Origin: Bacteroidia bacterium
GTDB taxonomy: Bacteria; Bacteroidota; Bacteroidia; UKL13-3
Length of the DNA: 64,000 nucleotides
Reading direction: 5' to 3'
Assembly (NCBI GenBank): GCA_044351265.1
Contig: JBILGC010000001.1
Span: forward strand, 30,167-94,166
The position numbers were made by a program, and so were the translations under genes. The notes below the pieces were generated by a model. It was not told the DNA's origin. It searched no databases and saw only the letters and a program-made list of their open reading frames with translations. Below, piece by piece: positions 19,274-31,900 of this stretch (positions are counted from its first letter, which is position 1; every line of letters starts with the position of its first letter).

Positions 19274-19774
19274 ATGAACAGACTTAATCATTTACCTGAC
19301 GAAGCACGCGTGTGGCTTTATGCTGCGAACAGGACTATAACAGCTGCAGAGCAGGAGCAAATGCATGAAGAGGCGAGGCAATTCATAAATGGATGGACCT
19401 CACATGAGCATAAAATGGATGCAGCATTTGATATTATTCATGACATATTTCCTGTACTTGCTTTAAATGAATCGGTGAATGCGGCCAGTGGCTGCGGTAT
19501 TGATAAATCTGTTGCCTTTTTTAAAAAACTGGAAAATACCTTAGGCATATTGCTATTTAACCGCCTACAAATTGAGGTGCTGACTGCAGAGGGATTAATC
19601 ATTACCCAAAAACAGGCATTGGCAGATATGCTTGATTCCGGACAAATCACTTCTTCTTCCACCACCTTTAACAAACAAATTAACACCATGGGGCAGCTAA
19701 AAACAGATTTTGAAATTCCCATTCACAAAGCCTGGTTTTACCCATCACTGCCTGCCACTAAAAAAGTGTCGTAG
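19274..19774 (+). CDS. conserved hypothetical protein
   Basis: Start trimmed to ATG 19274 (MNRLNHLPDEARVWLYAANR), giving 166 aa. No catalytic motif recognised. From memory this family is often mis-annotated as an ABC transporter ATPase; I have not verified that. Confidence 0.6.
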   Translation: MNRLNHLPDEARVWLYAANRTITAAEQEQMHEEARQFINGWTSHEHKMDAAFDIIHDIFPVLALNESVNAASGCGIDKSVAFFKKLENTLGILLFNRLQIEVLTAEGLIITQKQALADMLDSGQITSSSTTFNKQINTMGQLKTDFEIPIHKAWFYPSLPATKKVS

Positions 19775-19844
19775 CTCCGTGTTTGCCAATCAAACAATTT
19801 GTTGCTATTCTTGCTTATTATAATTCATACTTTAACTCAAATAA

Positions 19845-21962
19845 ATGTCAGATAACAAAGAAAGGGGCCATGCTCCTGCAAACGATAAAAAGAATCAAAA
19901 ACCTAAAATGCCACAGGTTCCAAAATTTAATTTCTACTGGATTTACGGTATCATTTTCGCCATATTCATTGGTCTACAGTTTTTGCCGCAAGATGTGGCA
20001 TTAAAGACTACCTGGTTTAAGGTAGAGACTGAGATGATTATGAGCAATGATGTAGAAAAAATAATGGTAGTGAATAAGGAACGTGCCGAGGTTTACCTGA
20101 AAAAAGAATCGCTAAAAAACGAAAAATACAAAGACCTGAAGAAGCGTGGTTTTTTTGGCGATGAAGTTGGTCCGCATTACTACTTTGAAATTGGTGATGT
20201 TAACCAATTTACTACCGACTTAAACAATGCTCGTATGGCCTATGAAAAAGCCAATCCGGGCCAAGCCTTACAAATACCTGTTGAGTACATTACCCAACAT
20301 AATTATTTTGGCGACATTATCGGTTGGTTATTGCCGTTTGCTTTGCTCATTGGATTGTGGTTATTCATTTTTCGCAGAATGGGCGGAGGGCCGGGTGGCG
20401 GAGGCCAGATATTTAATATTGGCAAATCAAAAGCACAACTTTTTGACAAGGAAGCATCAGTTAAAGTTACCTTTAAAGATGTGGCAGGATTGGATGAAGC
20501 AAAGGTAGAAGTAATGGAAATTGTAGACTTCTTAAAGAACCCGAAAAAATACACCAACCTGGGCGGTAAAATTCCTAAAGGAGCATTGCTGGTTGGCCCT
20601 CCGGGTACAGGAAAAACATTGCTTGCCAAAGCTGTGGCGGGTGAAGCAGGTGTTCCATTCTTCTCGCTATCAGGATCAGATTTTGTAGAGATGTTCGTAG
20701 GTGTTGGCGCATCAAGGGTTAGAGATTTATTTCGTCAGGCAAAAGAAAAAGCGCCCTGCATTATTTTTATTGATGAAATTGATGCAGTTGGCCGTGCACG
20801 CGGACGCTCACTTATGCAAGGCGGAAACGATGAAAGAGAAAATACACTCAATCAACTCCTCACAGAAATGGATGGCTTTGCCACTGATTTGGGTGTAATA
20901 ATTTTAGCTGCAACCAACAGGCCTGATATTTTAGATCCTGCATTATTGCGCCCCGGAAGATTCGACAGGCAGATTTCTATTGACAAGCCGGATTTAAAAG
21001 GCCGTGAAGAAATTTTCAAAGTCCACTTAAAACCACTTAAACTTAACACAGATGTTAACCCTGCGCGTTTGTCCACACAAACTGCCGGCTTTGCCGGTGC
21101 TGAAATTGCCAATGTGTGCAATGAAGCAGCACTGATTGCCGCACGCAAATCGAAAGACAAAATTGAAATGCAGGATTTTCAGGATGCCATTGATCGGGTG
21201 ATTGGCGGACTTGAAAAGAAAAATAAAATCATCTCTCCTGAAGAAAAAGAAATCATTGCTTACCATGAGAGCGGCCATGCCATTGTAGGCTGGTTTCTTG
21301 AAGGGGTTGACCCGCTGGTAAAAGTTTCTATTGTGCCTCGCGGAGTAGCAGCTTTGGGTTATGCGCAGTATTTACCTAAAGATCAATACTTGTATACCAC
21401 AGAGCAAATGGAAAACATGATGTGCATGACACTGGGCGGACGTGTAGCTGAGGATATTACCTTTGGCCGCATTTCAACCGGTGCACAAAACGATTTGGAG
21501 CGCATTACCAAAATGGCCTATGCTATGGTAACCATATACGGAATGAATCCAAAAGTTGGCAACGTTTCATTCCATGATCCGCAAAATGAGTATGGCTTTA
21601 CCAAGCCTTACTCTGATAAAACAGCCGAGATGATTGATATTGAAGTGCGCAACCTGATAGATACCTGCTATAACCGCACCAAAAAATTACTGCTGGAGAA
21701 AAAAGATCAGTTGGAAAATCTTTCTCAAATTTTATTAAAACGTGAAATTTTGTTTCAGCATGATTTGGAAGAAATATTAGGCAAACGCCCTTTTGAAGCT
21801 AAGGCGGAAGAAACCCCAACCCCTGTTATTGCAGAAAATGTTATTACTCCTGCCGAGGAAGAAACAACAAAACAGGAACAGGAAAAGAAAGCCGTGGCAA
21901 ATACACCTGAACCACCAAAAGAAGAACCTAAAAATAACACGAATCCAACCTTGTTTTCATAA
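19845..21962 (+). CDS. ftsH: ATP-dependent zinc metalloprotease FtsH
   Basis: 705 aa. Two TM helices, Walker [14 protein letters not shown], Walker [12 protein letters not shown] region, zinc motif HESGHAIV, and a Lys/Glu/Pro-rich C-terminal tail. Confidence 0.97.
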   Translation: MSDNKERGHAPANDKKNQKPKMPQVPKFNFYWIYGIIFAIFIGLQFLPQDVALKTTWFKVETEMIMSNDVEKIMVVNKERAEVYLKKESLKNEKYKDLKKRGFFGDEVGPHYYFEIGDVNQFTTDLNNARMAYEKANPGQALQIPVEYITQHNYFGDIIGWLLPFALLIGLWLFIFRRMGGGPGGGGQIFNIGKSKAQLFDKEASVKVTFKDVAGLDEAKVEVMEIVDFLKNPKKYTNLGGKIPKGALLVGPPGTGKTLLAKAVAGEAGVPFFSLSGSDFVEMFVGVGASRVRDLFRQAKEKAPCIIFIDEIDAVGRARGRSLMQGGNDERENTLNQLLTEMDGFATDLGVIILAATNRPDILDPALLRPGRFDRQISIDKPDLKGREEIFKVHLKPLKLNTDVNPARLSTQTAGFAGAEIANVCNEAALIAARKSKDKIEMQDFQDAIDRVIGGLEKKNKIISPEEKEIIAYHESGHAIVGWFLEGVDPLVKVSIVPRGVAALGYAQYLPKDQYLYTTEQMENMMCMTLGGRVAEDITFGRISTGAQNDLERITKMAYAMVTIYGMNPKVGNVSFHDPQNEYGFTKPYSDKTAEMIDIEVRNLIDTCYNRTKKLLLEKKDQLENLSQILLKREILFQHDLEEILGKRPFEAKAEETPTPVIAENVITPAEEETTKQEQEKKAVANTPEPPKEEPKNNTNPTLFS

Positions 21963-21968
21963 TTTCTT

Positions 21969-21996
21969 AAGCCGACATTAATAGTCGGCTTTTTTT
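21969..21996 (+). terminator. rho-independent terminator after ftsH
   Basis: aagccgac-attaata-gtcggctt followed by TTTTT. Confidence 0.8.
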
Positions 21997-22064
21997 ATGT
22001 TTGGCTTTTTACAAGGCATCCCTTTACTTTTTAAAAGCCGAAGTTTTTTATACCTTGCAGACTG

Positions 22065-22715
22065 GTGGAACAAACTACTTCAAAAGAAAAAATACTCAAG
22101 AAGGTAAGGGCAGCACTTATTTTCAAATCTAAAAGCAAGTATGCCAATATCGATTTGGAATCTAACGTGTATGAGCATCCACCCGCTGGTGAATCAATCC
22201 TTGAAACCTTTGCAAAAAATTTCACCGAAACACAAGGTCAGTTTGTTGTGTGCGATAATAAATTTGATTGCGTAGATAAACTGCTGACTTTAATTGAGCG
22301 TAAAAAATTGAAAAATATTTTTTGTACAGAAAATCAACTGCAGGAAATGCTAACCGATAGTGGCATTGCATACCTGCATCAAAAAGAACAGCTAGCCAAA
22401 TCAATGGTTGGTATTACAACCTGCGAAAGCCTGGTGGCGCGTACCGGCAGTATTTTGGTAAGTTCGGTTAAAAATACGCGGGTGCTTACCATATACCCTT
22501 CTGTACATATTGTTATCGCCTACTCATCTCAGGTGGTTATGGAAATTAAAGACAGTTTGCAACAGCTTAAAAACAAATACGGCAGAAATATGCCCTCCAT
22601 GATATCATACATCACCGGACCATCAAGAACCAGTGATATTGAAAGGAAACTTGTAACAGGTGCGCACGGGCCAAAAGAATTATTTGTATTCTTAATTCAG
22701 GATGTAAAACAGTAA
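22065..22715 (+). CDS. LUD-domain protein (LutC/YkgG-like)
   Basis: 216 aa with a GTG start. N-terminal EKILKKVRAAL, and the ...ARTGSILVSS...ITGPSRTSDIE pattern typical of lactate-utilisation LUD-domain proteins. Confidence 0.75.
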   Translation: MEQTTSKEKILKKVRAALIFKSKSKYANIDLESNVYEHPPAGESILETFAKNFTETQGQFVVCDNKFDCVDKLLTLIERKKLKNIFCTENQLQEMLTDSGIAYLHQKEQLAKSMVGITTCESLVARTGSILVSSVKNTRVLTIYPSVHIVIAYSSQVVMEIKDSLQQLKNKYGRNMPSMISYITGPSRTSDIERKLVTGAHGPKELFVFLIQDVKQ

Positions 22716-22732
22716 CGGATTAAGGAATTATA

Positions 22733-23479
22733 TTGATTTTAAAAAAAACATATTTCGCCTCAGATTTTCATTTGGGTATTCCTGATGCAAAAAGCAGCAG
22801 CGAAAGAGAACAGCGCGTAATCCGTTGGCTGGATTCTATAAAAGCAGACTGTGCCGAACTGTTTATTGTAGGAGACATTTTTGATTTTTGGTTTGAATAT
22901 AAAACAGTGGTGCCAAAAGGCTTTGTTAGGCTGCAGGCAAAGTTTGCCGAATTTACGGATGCAGGCATACCGGTGCATTTTTTTCATGGTAATCATGACC
23001 TGTGGCAATTCGGCTATTTTGAAAAAGAACTGGGTGTGCAGGTGCATGCAAAACCAATTATCAGAATAATCAACGGCAAAAAATTTTATATCGGACATGG
23101 CGATGGGTTAGGGCCGGAGCAACTCAAATTTAAGACCATCCTTTGGATATACAGAAACCGGTTTTTTCAGCAAATTTTTTCAATGTTGCATCCCAATATA
23201 GGTATTGGAATTGCCAATTGGCTTTCACATCAAAGCAAACTGAAAACCTTTGATGGCAATTTTACTTTTTATGAAGAGAAAGAGTATCTGATTAGGCATT
23301 GCCGCCACTTGCTCGAAACCGAGAATTTCGATTATTTCATTTTTGGCCACAGACACCTGCCTAAGGAATACAAATTAACAGAGCAAAGCCGTTATATAAA
23401 CCTTGGAGACTGGATAGGATATAACACCTATGCCGTATTTAATGGCGAATCACTTAGCCTGCAAACTTTTCATTTATGA
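22733..23479 (+). CDS. lpxH: UDP-2,3-diacylglucosamine diphosphatase (LpxH family metallophosphoesterase)
   Basis: 248 aa with a TTG start. Metallophosphoesterase motifs SDFHLG, GDIFDFWFEY, GNHD, GHGD and GHRH. Confidence 0.85.
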   Translation: MILKKTYFASDFHLGIPDAKSSSEREQRVIRWLDSIKADCAELFIVGDIFDFWFEYKTVVPKGFVRLQAKFAEFTDAGIPVHFFHGNHDLWQFGYFEKELGVQVHAKPIIRIINGKKFYIGHGDGLGPEQLKFKTILWIYRNRFFQQIFSMLHPNIGIGIANWLSHQSKLKTFDGNFTFYEEKEYLIRHCRHLLETENFDYFIFGHRHLPKEYKLTEQSRYINLGDWIGYNTYAVFNGESLSLQTFHL

Positions 23480-24303
23480 AATATCTGCTGTTAAGCCTAT
23501 TGTTATTGTTTACTTGTCTGAAGAATATCAGCGCCCAGCAATCAACAGCTGATAGTGCGGCAACTCCTGCCTACAGGCTCATTAAGCATATTGATATTGA
23601 AGCCAAAGATATTCATACCGACAGGTTAGGAAATTTGTATGTGGTTACCAAAACCAATCAGCTTTATAAATACAGCCCTGAAGGTGCACTGCTGAGCACA
23701 CTTAACTATAAATACATTGGCAATATCTCACATATTGATGCCACCAATCCGCTTGAAATTTATGTGTTTTACAAAGAGCTGAACCTTGTGGTGTTTCTAG
23801 ATAACAATTTGGCTTATCGCGGAGAGATGAAACTTGAACAATATCAAATAACACAGGCATCAGCCGTTGCACGTTCTTTTGATAACGGCATATGGGCATT
23901 TGATTTGGCAGATTTGCAATTAAAACGAATGGATAAAAATGGAGAAAACATACAGACAAGCGGTAACATCAGGCAATTTGTAAAACAAAAACAGTTGCTG
24001 CCAACGTATTTATTTGATGACAACAATCGTGTATTTCTGGTTGATTCCAGTATAGGTATCATGCTATTCGATGTGTTTGCGCATTATTTGAAAACCTTGC
24101 CTATAAAAGGCAATGAACAGGTAAAGATTATTGGCGATGAGATATACTATCATCAAAAAAACAGCATCTTTAAATACCACCTTAAAACCTTTTTAAGCAG
24201 CAGTTTTGGCCTACCTCAAACAGCACCGGCATTAGATCTTAGTATTGAAAAGGGGCGTTTATATTTGCTTTTACCCGACAGGATAAGTATTTATTCTTTT
24301 TAG
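23476..24303 (+). CDS. hypothetical secreted protein
   Basis: 275 aa. ATGA start/stop overlap with lpxH. Signal peptide [21 protein letters not shown]. No recognised domain. Confidence 0.65.
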   Translation: MKYLLLSLLLLFTCLKNISAQQSTADSAATPAYRLIKHIDIEAKDIHTDRLGNLYVVTKTNQLYKYSPEGALLSTLNYKYIGNISHIDATNPLEIYVFYKELNLVVFLDNNLAYRGEMKLEQYQITQASAVARSFDNGIWAFDLADLQLKRMDKNGENIQTSGNIRQFVKQKQLLPTYLFDDNNRVFLVDSSIGIMLFDVFAHYLKTLPIKGNEQVKIIGDEIYYHQKNSIFKYHLKTFLSSSFGLPQTAPALDLSIEKGRLYLLLPDRISIYSF

Positions 24304-24319
24304 CCTCGCGCTTCTTTCC

Positions 24320-24327
24320 TATTTTTG
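24320..24327 (+). promoter_or_regulatory. -7 promoter box TATTTTTG upstream of prfA
   Basis: Exact TAnnTTTG 22 nt upstream of ATG 24350. Confidence 0.45.
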
Positions 24328-24349
24328 CCACGCCCAACCACAATATCAG

Positions 24350-25423
24350 ATGCTGGATAAATTAGAAGCCATCAAACAACGTTTCGATCAGGTAGGTGAA
24401 ATGCTGACACAGCCGGATGCACTTGCTGATATGAAGCGTTTTACCCAACTAAACCGCGAATACAAGGACTTGCAGAAAATCGTAGACAAATATCTTGTTT
24501 ACAAAAACCTGTTGGAGAACATAGCCAATGCCAGAGAATTACTGAATACCGAGAAAGATCAGGAGATGAAAGAAATGGCCAAAGCAGAACTAGAAGAACT
24601 TGATCCGCTGGTTGCTCCAATGGAAGAAGAAATAAGGTTAATGCTCATCCCTAAAGATCCGGAAGACAGCAAGAATGCCATTATGGAAATACGGGCAGGA
24701 ACGGGAGGTGATGAGGCGAGTTTATTTGCAGGTGATCTTTTCCGCCTTTATAGCCGCTACTGCGAGAAACGCGGATGGAAAACAGCAGTGATTGATTTTA
24801 CCGAAGGCACTGCAGGTGGTTATAAGGAAGTGGTAATGGAGGTAACAGGCGAAGAAGCTTATGGTATTTTAAAATATGAAAGCGGTGTGCACCGCGTGCA
24901 GCGTGTTCCCGATACCGAGACACAAGGACGTGTGCATACTTCAGCAGCATCGGTAGTGGTTTTACCGGAGGCCGAAGATCTGGACTTTGAACTGAATCCG
25001 GCAGATATTGAAATGCAAACTGCACGCTCAGGTGGCGCAGGCGGTCAAAACGTAAACAAGGTTGAATCTAAAGTTATGTTAACCCACAAGCCAACAGGCA
25101 TCGTGGTGGTTTGCCAGGTAGAACGCACCCAAAACGGAAACCGTGAACGTGCCATGCAAATGTTACGATCAAAACTGTATGAAATGGAGGTTAATAAAAG
25201 GCAGGAAGAAGTTACGAAGAAACGCAAAACCATGGTATCAACAGGAGATCGCTCTGCAAAAATCAGGACCTATAATTATCCTCAAGGTCGTGTAACCGAT
25301 CACCGCATTGGGCATACCGTATATAATTTACCTGAAGTGATGAACGGAGAAATCCAGGAGTTCATAGACCAACTGCAAATAGCAGAAAATGCAGAAAAAC
25401 TAAAAGAAGGCATCAGCGCCTAA
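24350..25423 (+). CDS. prfA: peptide chain release factor 1
   Basis: 357 aa. GGQ motif [19 protein letters not shown]1-type PxT tripeptide context [17 protein letters not shown]. Confidence 0.96.
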   Translation: MLDKLEAIKQRFDQVGEMLTQPDALADMKRFTQLNREYKDLQKIVDKYLVYKNLLENIANARELLNTEKDQEMKEMAKAELEELDPLVAPMEEEIRLMLIPKDPEDSKNAIMEIRAGTGGDEASLFAGDLFRLYSRYCEKRGWKTAVIDFTEGTAGGYKEVVMEVTGEEAYGILKYESGVHRVQRVPDTETQGRVHTSAASVVVLPEAEDLDFELNPADIEMQTARSGGAGGQNVNKVESKVMLTHKPTGIVVVCQVERTQNGNRERAMQMLRSKLYEMEVNKRQEEVTKKRKTMVSTGDRSAKIRTYNYPQGRVTDHRIGHTVYNLPEVMNGEIQEFIDQLQIAENAEKLKEGISA

Positions 25424-25426
25424 AGC

Positions 25427-25825
25427 TTATCTATTCAGATAAAATGCAAGCGGTTCCCAATAGTACTCATACCAGCCGCGTTCAATACGATCAGCTAATG
25501 CTTCAGGTACACCCGTATGAAAAAATTCCAACTTGCAACCCTCAGCAGTATCCGACAAAATAAAGGCAGCCTCTGAATCATGTGTTGCAGGCCACTCCTC
25601 ATCAACAGCTCTCCATGATTGAACAATTTTCTTGCCGCGCTCCAATACCACATTTTTTCCAACGGCATAGCCATCATAAGAACTGAAGGATGATCCTTCC
25701 GAGTCCGAGATAACAGCTTTTGTCCCGGTAAAAGAGCTATGTATGCGCTCATCCATGAGGCAGCAATAAACATCCAGTGCCGTAGTTTGAAACATGATGG
25801 TTTGGTGAATATCGCGGGTTTTCAT
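25427..25825 (-). CDS. SRPBCC superfamily protein (AHSA1/START-like)
   Basis: 132 aa. The size and the ...GGKIVQSWRA...W..-type pattern fit activator-of-Hsp90-ATPase-homolog-like bacterial proteins. Weak motif-level call. Confidence 0.6.
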   Translation of the reverse strand: MKTRDIHQTIMFQTTALDVYCCLMDERIHSSFTGTKAVISDSEGSSFSSYDGYAVGKNVVLERGKKIVQSWRAVDEEWPATHDSEAAFILSDTAEGCKLEFFHTGVPEALADRIERGWYEYYWEPLAFYLNR

Positions 25826-25854
25826 AGAATAACTTTGTAAAGATATAAAAACAA

Positions 25855-25886
25855 GTGCGCCCCGCCAATGTATTGGCGGGGCGCAC
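25855..25886 (-). terminator. rho-independent terminator of the giant gene
   Basis: 15-bp stem gtgcgccccgccaat / attggcggggcgcac with a 2-nt loop, 25 nt past the stop codon. It is followed on the minus strand by TTGTTTTTAT. Confidence 0.8.
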
Positions 25887-25910
25887 AGTTATTAAGAATG
25901 GTCGTGTGAC

Positions 25911-28900
25911 TTAGTTTCCTGCTTTTACCAGTTTAACTCTGCTCACGTTTCCGTTGATGTTGCTATTCATAAAGTATACACCATCTTTCAGGGTATCTAT
26001 ACCATCAAGCGAAATCACCTGTAATCCTTTGTTCACTTCATGAGTTCCTGTGTAAACTGCACGTCCTTGTAAATCTGTAATGCTAATTTGCATAGCACCT
26101 GATTCAGGACTAACAACCTGCACATTTACTTGTTGGTTGAAAGGATTTGGATATACACTAACATTTACGTTTGCAACCAGTTTATTGATATTAACCGCAA
26201 CAGGACCATAGAAGGTGTGTTTGCCATCAAAATCAACTTGTTTCAAACGATAGTATATTACCTGAGCGGTTGGGTTCAGTGCAGCTTTTTCATCTACAAA
26301 GTTGTAATTGCTTTCGCTGTTGGTAAATCCAAAGCCATCAACTTTTCCTGCCATTTCAAAATCAGCTCCGTTAAATGAGCGTTCAACTTCAAAGTGGCTA
26401 TTGTTGAATTCTGATGCAGTGCTCCAGCTTACAATTACATCTTCACCTGCTTTGTTTGCAACCAGTTTTGTTAACTGAACAGGAAGTGTGGCGTTTGCTA
26501 AGTTATCGCCAACGGCAAATGCAGAGAAGGTAGTAAGACCTGTGCGTGTTACGCTAAATGGATTGCTACCGGTTGCTGCACCATAAGTTGCGGGAGCCAT
26601 CCAAGAACCAGGTGCGCTTCTGTACCATGATATGCCGCAATTGGTACGGTTAAATCCTCCTGTTTCCATAGTGTCTGCCCATTCCAGGTTTACAGTAGCA
26701 GTGCTTCCACCTGCAACTGATTCATCCAGTACCCATGTACGGTTAACCATGCTGGTATTAGCAGGAGCACCAGAAGTTCCAGATGTTAATACTCCATAGA
26801 ATACGCGAGCACCAATGACATCGGTAGTTGATGCTAAGCTGAGTGTTACCTGCACTGGGCTGTAGCCATCTGAACCTACAGGGAATAACACAGCAGTGTT
26901 ATTGTTTGAAACTGTTCTGCGCAATGTTCCACTACCATTGGTACGAATCCAATTAGATGCATTCATACCAACAATATTACCACCAGGGTTAAGGGTTAAA
27001 CTGTTATTGCCTAAAGCAAGTACACCAGATTGAAGGTTAATCCAGTTAAGGCTTCTTGAGGCAGACAACGTAACGCCATTTGTATTATTAATAATAAGCG
27101 AATCGATTCCAGCTATAGCGTTTCCTGTATTCTGAGCTACCGCACCATTATACTCAACCCTACCGCTGTAGGTTCTGGTGCCATTCATCTGAATACTGCC
27201 TGATATTCCACCCGTAGCAGAAATACCATTAACAGATCCGGTAGTAATGCGCGAACCACCGTTGGCAGTAAAGTTGCCATTACCATTCAATACCTCCGTT
27301 CCAAAGTTCATTACACCACCAGACTGAACAGTAACATTGCCAATTGCCAAGAGGCTACCAACCAAGTTAGCTGTTCCTGTTGATGTTACGGTGATATTGT
27401 TATATGTACCTGTAACACCAGTATTGGTACTTACAGTTAGGTCAAGGTATACGGTAAATGTACTTGAACTGGTTGATGTACCTGAAGGTGTAGTTACTGC
27501 GATTAAACCTGTGTTTGCAGTGGCCGGCACAGTTGCTGTAATGGTAGTTGCATTTACAACAGTGAACGTTGCAGATACACCGTTGAATGTTACTGCAGTT
27601 GCTCCAGTAAAGTTGCTACCGCTAATGGTTACTGTTGTACCTGTGCCACCTGCAGTCGGACTAAATCCATTAATACTTGGAGGAGTAGTTACTGCAAAGT
27701 TGCTTGAGCTGGTTGCAGTTCCTGAACCATTCAGTATTGTGATTGTACCTGTAACTGCTCCGCTAGGAACAGTTGCAGTGATGCTGGTTGTTGAATTGAC
27801 TGTGAAAGAAGCGTTCACTCCACTAAATCTAACATTGGTAATTGCATTAAATTCTGTTCCTGTTATCGTTACACTGGTTCCAACTGGTCCGCTGGTTGGT
27901 GTAAACGTGGTAATGGTAGGTACAGGGAACACAGTAAATGTTGCAGTACTGCTCGCATTTCCTGCAGGATTGGTTACTGTTACCACACCTGTAGTGGCGC
28001 CACTCGGAACTGTACAAGTGATGGTGGTGTTGTTTACCACAGTAAATACTGCATTGGTTGTATTAAACTGTACTTGGGTAGCCCATGTAAAACCAGTTCC
28101 GGTGATTGTTACAGCAGTTCCAAAAGTTCCACTTGTTACAGACAATCCAGAAACTGTAGGGGCAGGTATTACCGTAAAGTTACTTGCGCTTGTTCCTATG
28201 CCAAAAGGATTGGTAACAGAAACAGGACCTGCAGTAGCGCCTGTTGGAACAGTTGTAGTGATGGTTGTATCATTCACAACAGTGAAGGTAGGCTGCGCAG
28301 TTCCATTGAATGAAACAGCCGTTGCACCTGTAAAGAGTGAACCACTGATGGTAACAGACCCACCCACTTGACGTGCATTTGGAGTAAATGCTGAAATAGT
28401 TGGTGGAGCATTTAACTCAGTTCCTGTAAAGGTGATTGCAGAACCTGTTGTGCTTATACCGCTAACCGATGCAATACCGGTGCTACCATTAGAATTGGTT
28501 GTGAACTGGGTAGTCCAAGATGATGGAACAGTTGCATTAGAGGTAGCTAAACGCAGGTTATTTGCATTTTGCATGCCACCAAGATTAGCCGGATTGAAAT
28601 TATAGGTTAAACCATAAGTGTAAGGAGGTGTACCACCTGATACGTCTGTACGAACATAACGGTTGTTAAAATTACCTGCAGGTGCTGCCGGAGGATTAAC
28701 CCCTGTGAAGTCATACACGGTTGCACCTGTAGGTGCAGAAGCCCCCCAGCTGATTGAAGCAACAGGCCTTGAAGCAAAAGTATAGCTGGTAGTAGTATTT
28801 GCTGATGGTGCTGCTGATGCTATGGCAGCTATTGGCAACATTGAAGGTGCTGAAGTCATGTGCACTGAACCAATGGTAGTTGCTATACCCTGAGAGGTTG

Positions 28901-31900
28901 ATCTGCTGCTTCCGCTGAAATCGCTATTCAGGTTGTTTGCCGATGCACCGGTAATACCCTTTCCGTATACATACCATACCTCCTGGTTAGATGTGTTTAG
29001 TCCAAGGTTTCCGGTAGCAGGTGCAGTAAACAAGTTGGTTAAATTTAATTGCCCTGCACTATTACCAGCCTGAACATAGTAACTAATATTATCACTGGTT
29101 GAATTGGTTCTCCAATTGGCAATATTATTAGCTGACAGACCCCACTCAGCAACAGTTGATGTATTGGCTGTTGTGAGCAAGTTGTACATGCTTGTGTTGT
29201 TGAGGTAAGTGGTATTGGAAGGTGTTGAAGTCTGATTACTTAAGGCATAGTGGTTTCCTGAACCACCAGTTCTGCGGTTGGCAAAAATATTGTTGCGCAG
29301 AGCCATATAAGTATTGATTTCAGTACCTGTATTGTTGCCCCTTAGCAGAGCATAGGTATTTTGCGGACCTGCACCTGCTGCAGCACCATCAATAAGTACA
29401 GAGTTATTGATTGCGTTTAAGATTAATGAGGTATTAGAGGTATATAACATAATACCGTTCAATTGAACATTGCCTGCAAAACCATTGCCTAAGGTTACCT
29501 GATTGTTGTATAAGTTAGCAGTAGTACTGCCGCCTCCAATGGAAATACCCGCAGCTACAGGAGCCGGATATACACTAACACTGCTACTTGCATTGGTAAT
29601 ATCCCAAACACGATTGGCATTTAATACAATATCCTGACCAGAGGTTTGTAAAATACCATGTACTGTAGTTGGCACATTGCCTGTGTTGGTAGCACGAATA
29701 GCACTTACCAGGTTGTTGCTTATGTTAGCAATAGTAGAAGTATTAACAGCCGAATAGATACCTATTGCTACACCGGTAGTTGAGGTGCTTATACTGGATG
29801 TTTTAATTTCCCGCACTGTATTGTTGCTGATGGTTGGGAAGCCAGAATTTTGAACCATAACACCATACAAGAAGGTAGATGTACCCACACCGGTTGATGT
29901 AAGATTAGCAATGGTATTGTTAGTTATGCTGTAAGAAGGCGTTGTGAATGCATTTACAGAAACTAACATGCCGTAATGAGTTGTGTTACCTGCAAACACG
30001 ATATTGTTTGAGTTGGTTGCGTGTCCGACAATATTACCAGAAATAGGAGCACTAACCGTTCCTCCAATCACGTAAATACCTATAAATTGAGCAAACGTAT
30101 TAGGGGTTGGGATGGCAATCCCCTGTATATTATTATTTACTATCTGAATGTTATTTGCTCCTTGGTAAATGATTCCAAAGAAGGAGGCAGAAGGTTGCCA
30201 ATTAATACCGTTAGCCACTACTGCATCTCCTACAGTATTGCCGTTAATTACGGTATTTCCGGCCTCAGCCCTTATACCTGTAAACTGACCGGTGGCAGCC
30301 TGGTTGGTGAAAGATATATTTCTGATGGTATTTCCGCTGATAAGGGTATTGGCACCGTTTCCTACACTGGTACGGATACCTGTGAAACCAAGGTTATTAG
30401 GATTAACCCATGCAGAACCACCGCAATTTACAGCTGTACCACCAATAAAGTTATTGGAAATGGTATGGCCACTGGCAAATGCGCCTGGCAGGAATACAAT
30501 ACCCTGGAATGTTCCGGTAATATTAGGCACAAATCCAAGGTTGTAGAAAATGCTATTACCCGAAATCACAAAACCATCTCCATTGTTTCCAACAACACCA
30601 ATACCTGCAGTTACCATGTTAGATATTTCATTATTGGTAATTACGATATTGTTGTTATACACGTTGGGCGCTCCGAAAGAATATACACTTGAATTGGCAG
30701 GAATACCATCAGGCAATGTTGCTATCGTATTGTTGGTAAGTACACAATTCGTTACCGTATCAAAAGAACATGCGGTGGTGAGGAACTGGTTGTTCACGCC
30801 TACACGGAATTCAATAGAACCTCCGGCCTGATTTGCATTACCTGATTCAATGATACAGTTGCGAATAGCCACACCGGTTGCACTACTCACCGTTATTACA
30901 CTGCTTCCGGTACCTGCACCATAAGTTCCTGTTGGTGCAGTATTGCGGATGCGAAGCAGACGCTGGCTCGCTGTACCACCTGTTGGGATACCGCTTATTT
31001 TCACCCTGTCGGCACCAATTAAGGTAATGAGTCCGAAGAAAGTAGAAGGATTGTTATAGCTTCCCTGAATCAAGCGAGGGGTAGTGGCAGAAGCATTCGG
31101 ACGAATAGTTAAACTAAAAGTACCTGCTCCTACTCCGTCTTCAGCCATTCTGTTTAATGGAATAGCGCCTGTTTCTGCAGTAAGGTCTGAAGTGATTTCC
31201 GCAACTATGTTCCCACCGAGGGTTCTGCTGTTTAGGAATTCAAACAAGCCACCTGCATTGGTAAGGGAGGTATAGGTCTGACCTGCACCAACCTGAAGCA
31301 CAGTGTTTGCTGGAATTACCGGCAGGAAGCTGTATCTGCTTGGATTACGCGGATACTGGCTAATTGTGTTAACATCAGTACCTACTGCCAGAATTGGGAA
31401 AGAACCCAGATTCGAGGCAGCATCCTGAGCAACTACAAAGTAGCGGATGGTATCGGATAGTGTTAATGTAGGACTGAAAACCAGGTAATCGATATTGAAA
31501 CTGGCAACTGCATTGGTTGCATTACCTGTAACAGTAAGCGCAGATGATGAGAACCAGTTAACACCGTCACGGCTGTAATAAAGCTTAGGCCTATTAGCAC
31601 CTGACATAACGATGCCATTATTATCTGTAATCACCACGTTTGTCAATGTACGAATACCGGTTAAACTACCCGCATTAGACATAGGAGTGTATGCTATTAC
31701 CGGAGCAAATGCGTCAGGAGCCATTGTAAAATTACCTGCATGTGCACCAATATCTGAAGGTGTGTTAGAAGCGCGGCTATTGTTGTAATAATCCGTTGAT
31801 ACAATAGTAACGGTAGGATCACCACTGCGCTCAGCAGGATTGCTTGATTGCAGCGACAAATCTACGTTAGGAGAAACAGCAGTTGCAGCTGCACTAAAGT

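Noticed and set aside
19783-20004. 73-aa ORF overlapping the ftsH start
   Set aside because: It is out of frame with ftsH and overlaps its well-supported N-terminus. It has no independent support.
27337-28371. 344-aa plus-strand ORF (V/T/P-rich), plus many other 60-220-aa plus-strand ORFs between 26130 and 38248
   Set aside because: All lie antisense to the uninterrupted 12.8-kb giant gene. Their translations are low-complexity mirror images of the T/G/N/V-rich coding strand, most clearly the IPT repeats. They have no start context, promoter or independent motif.
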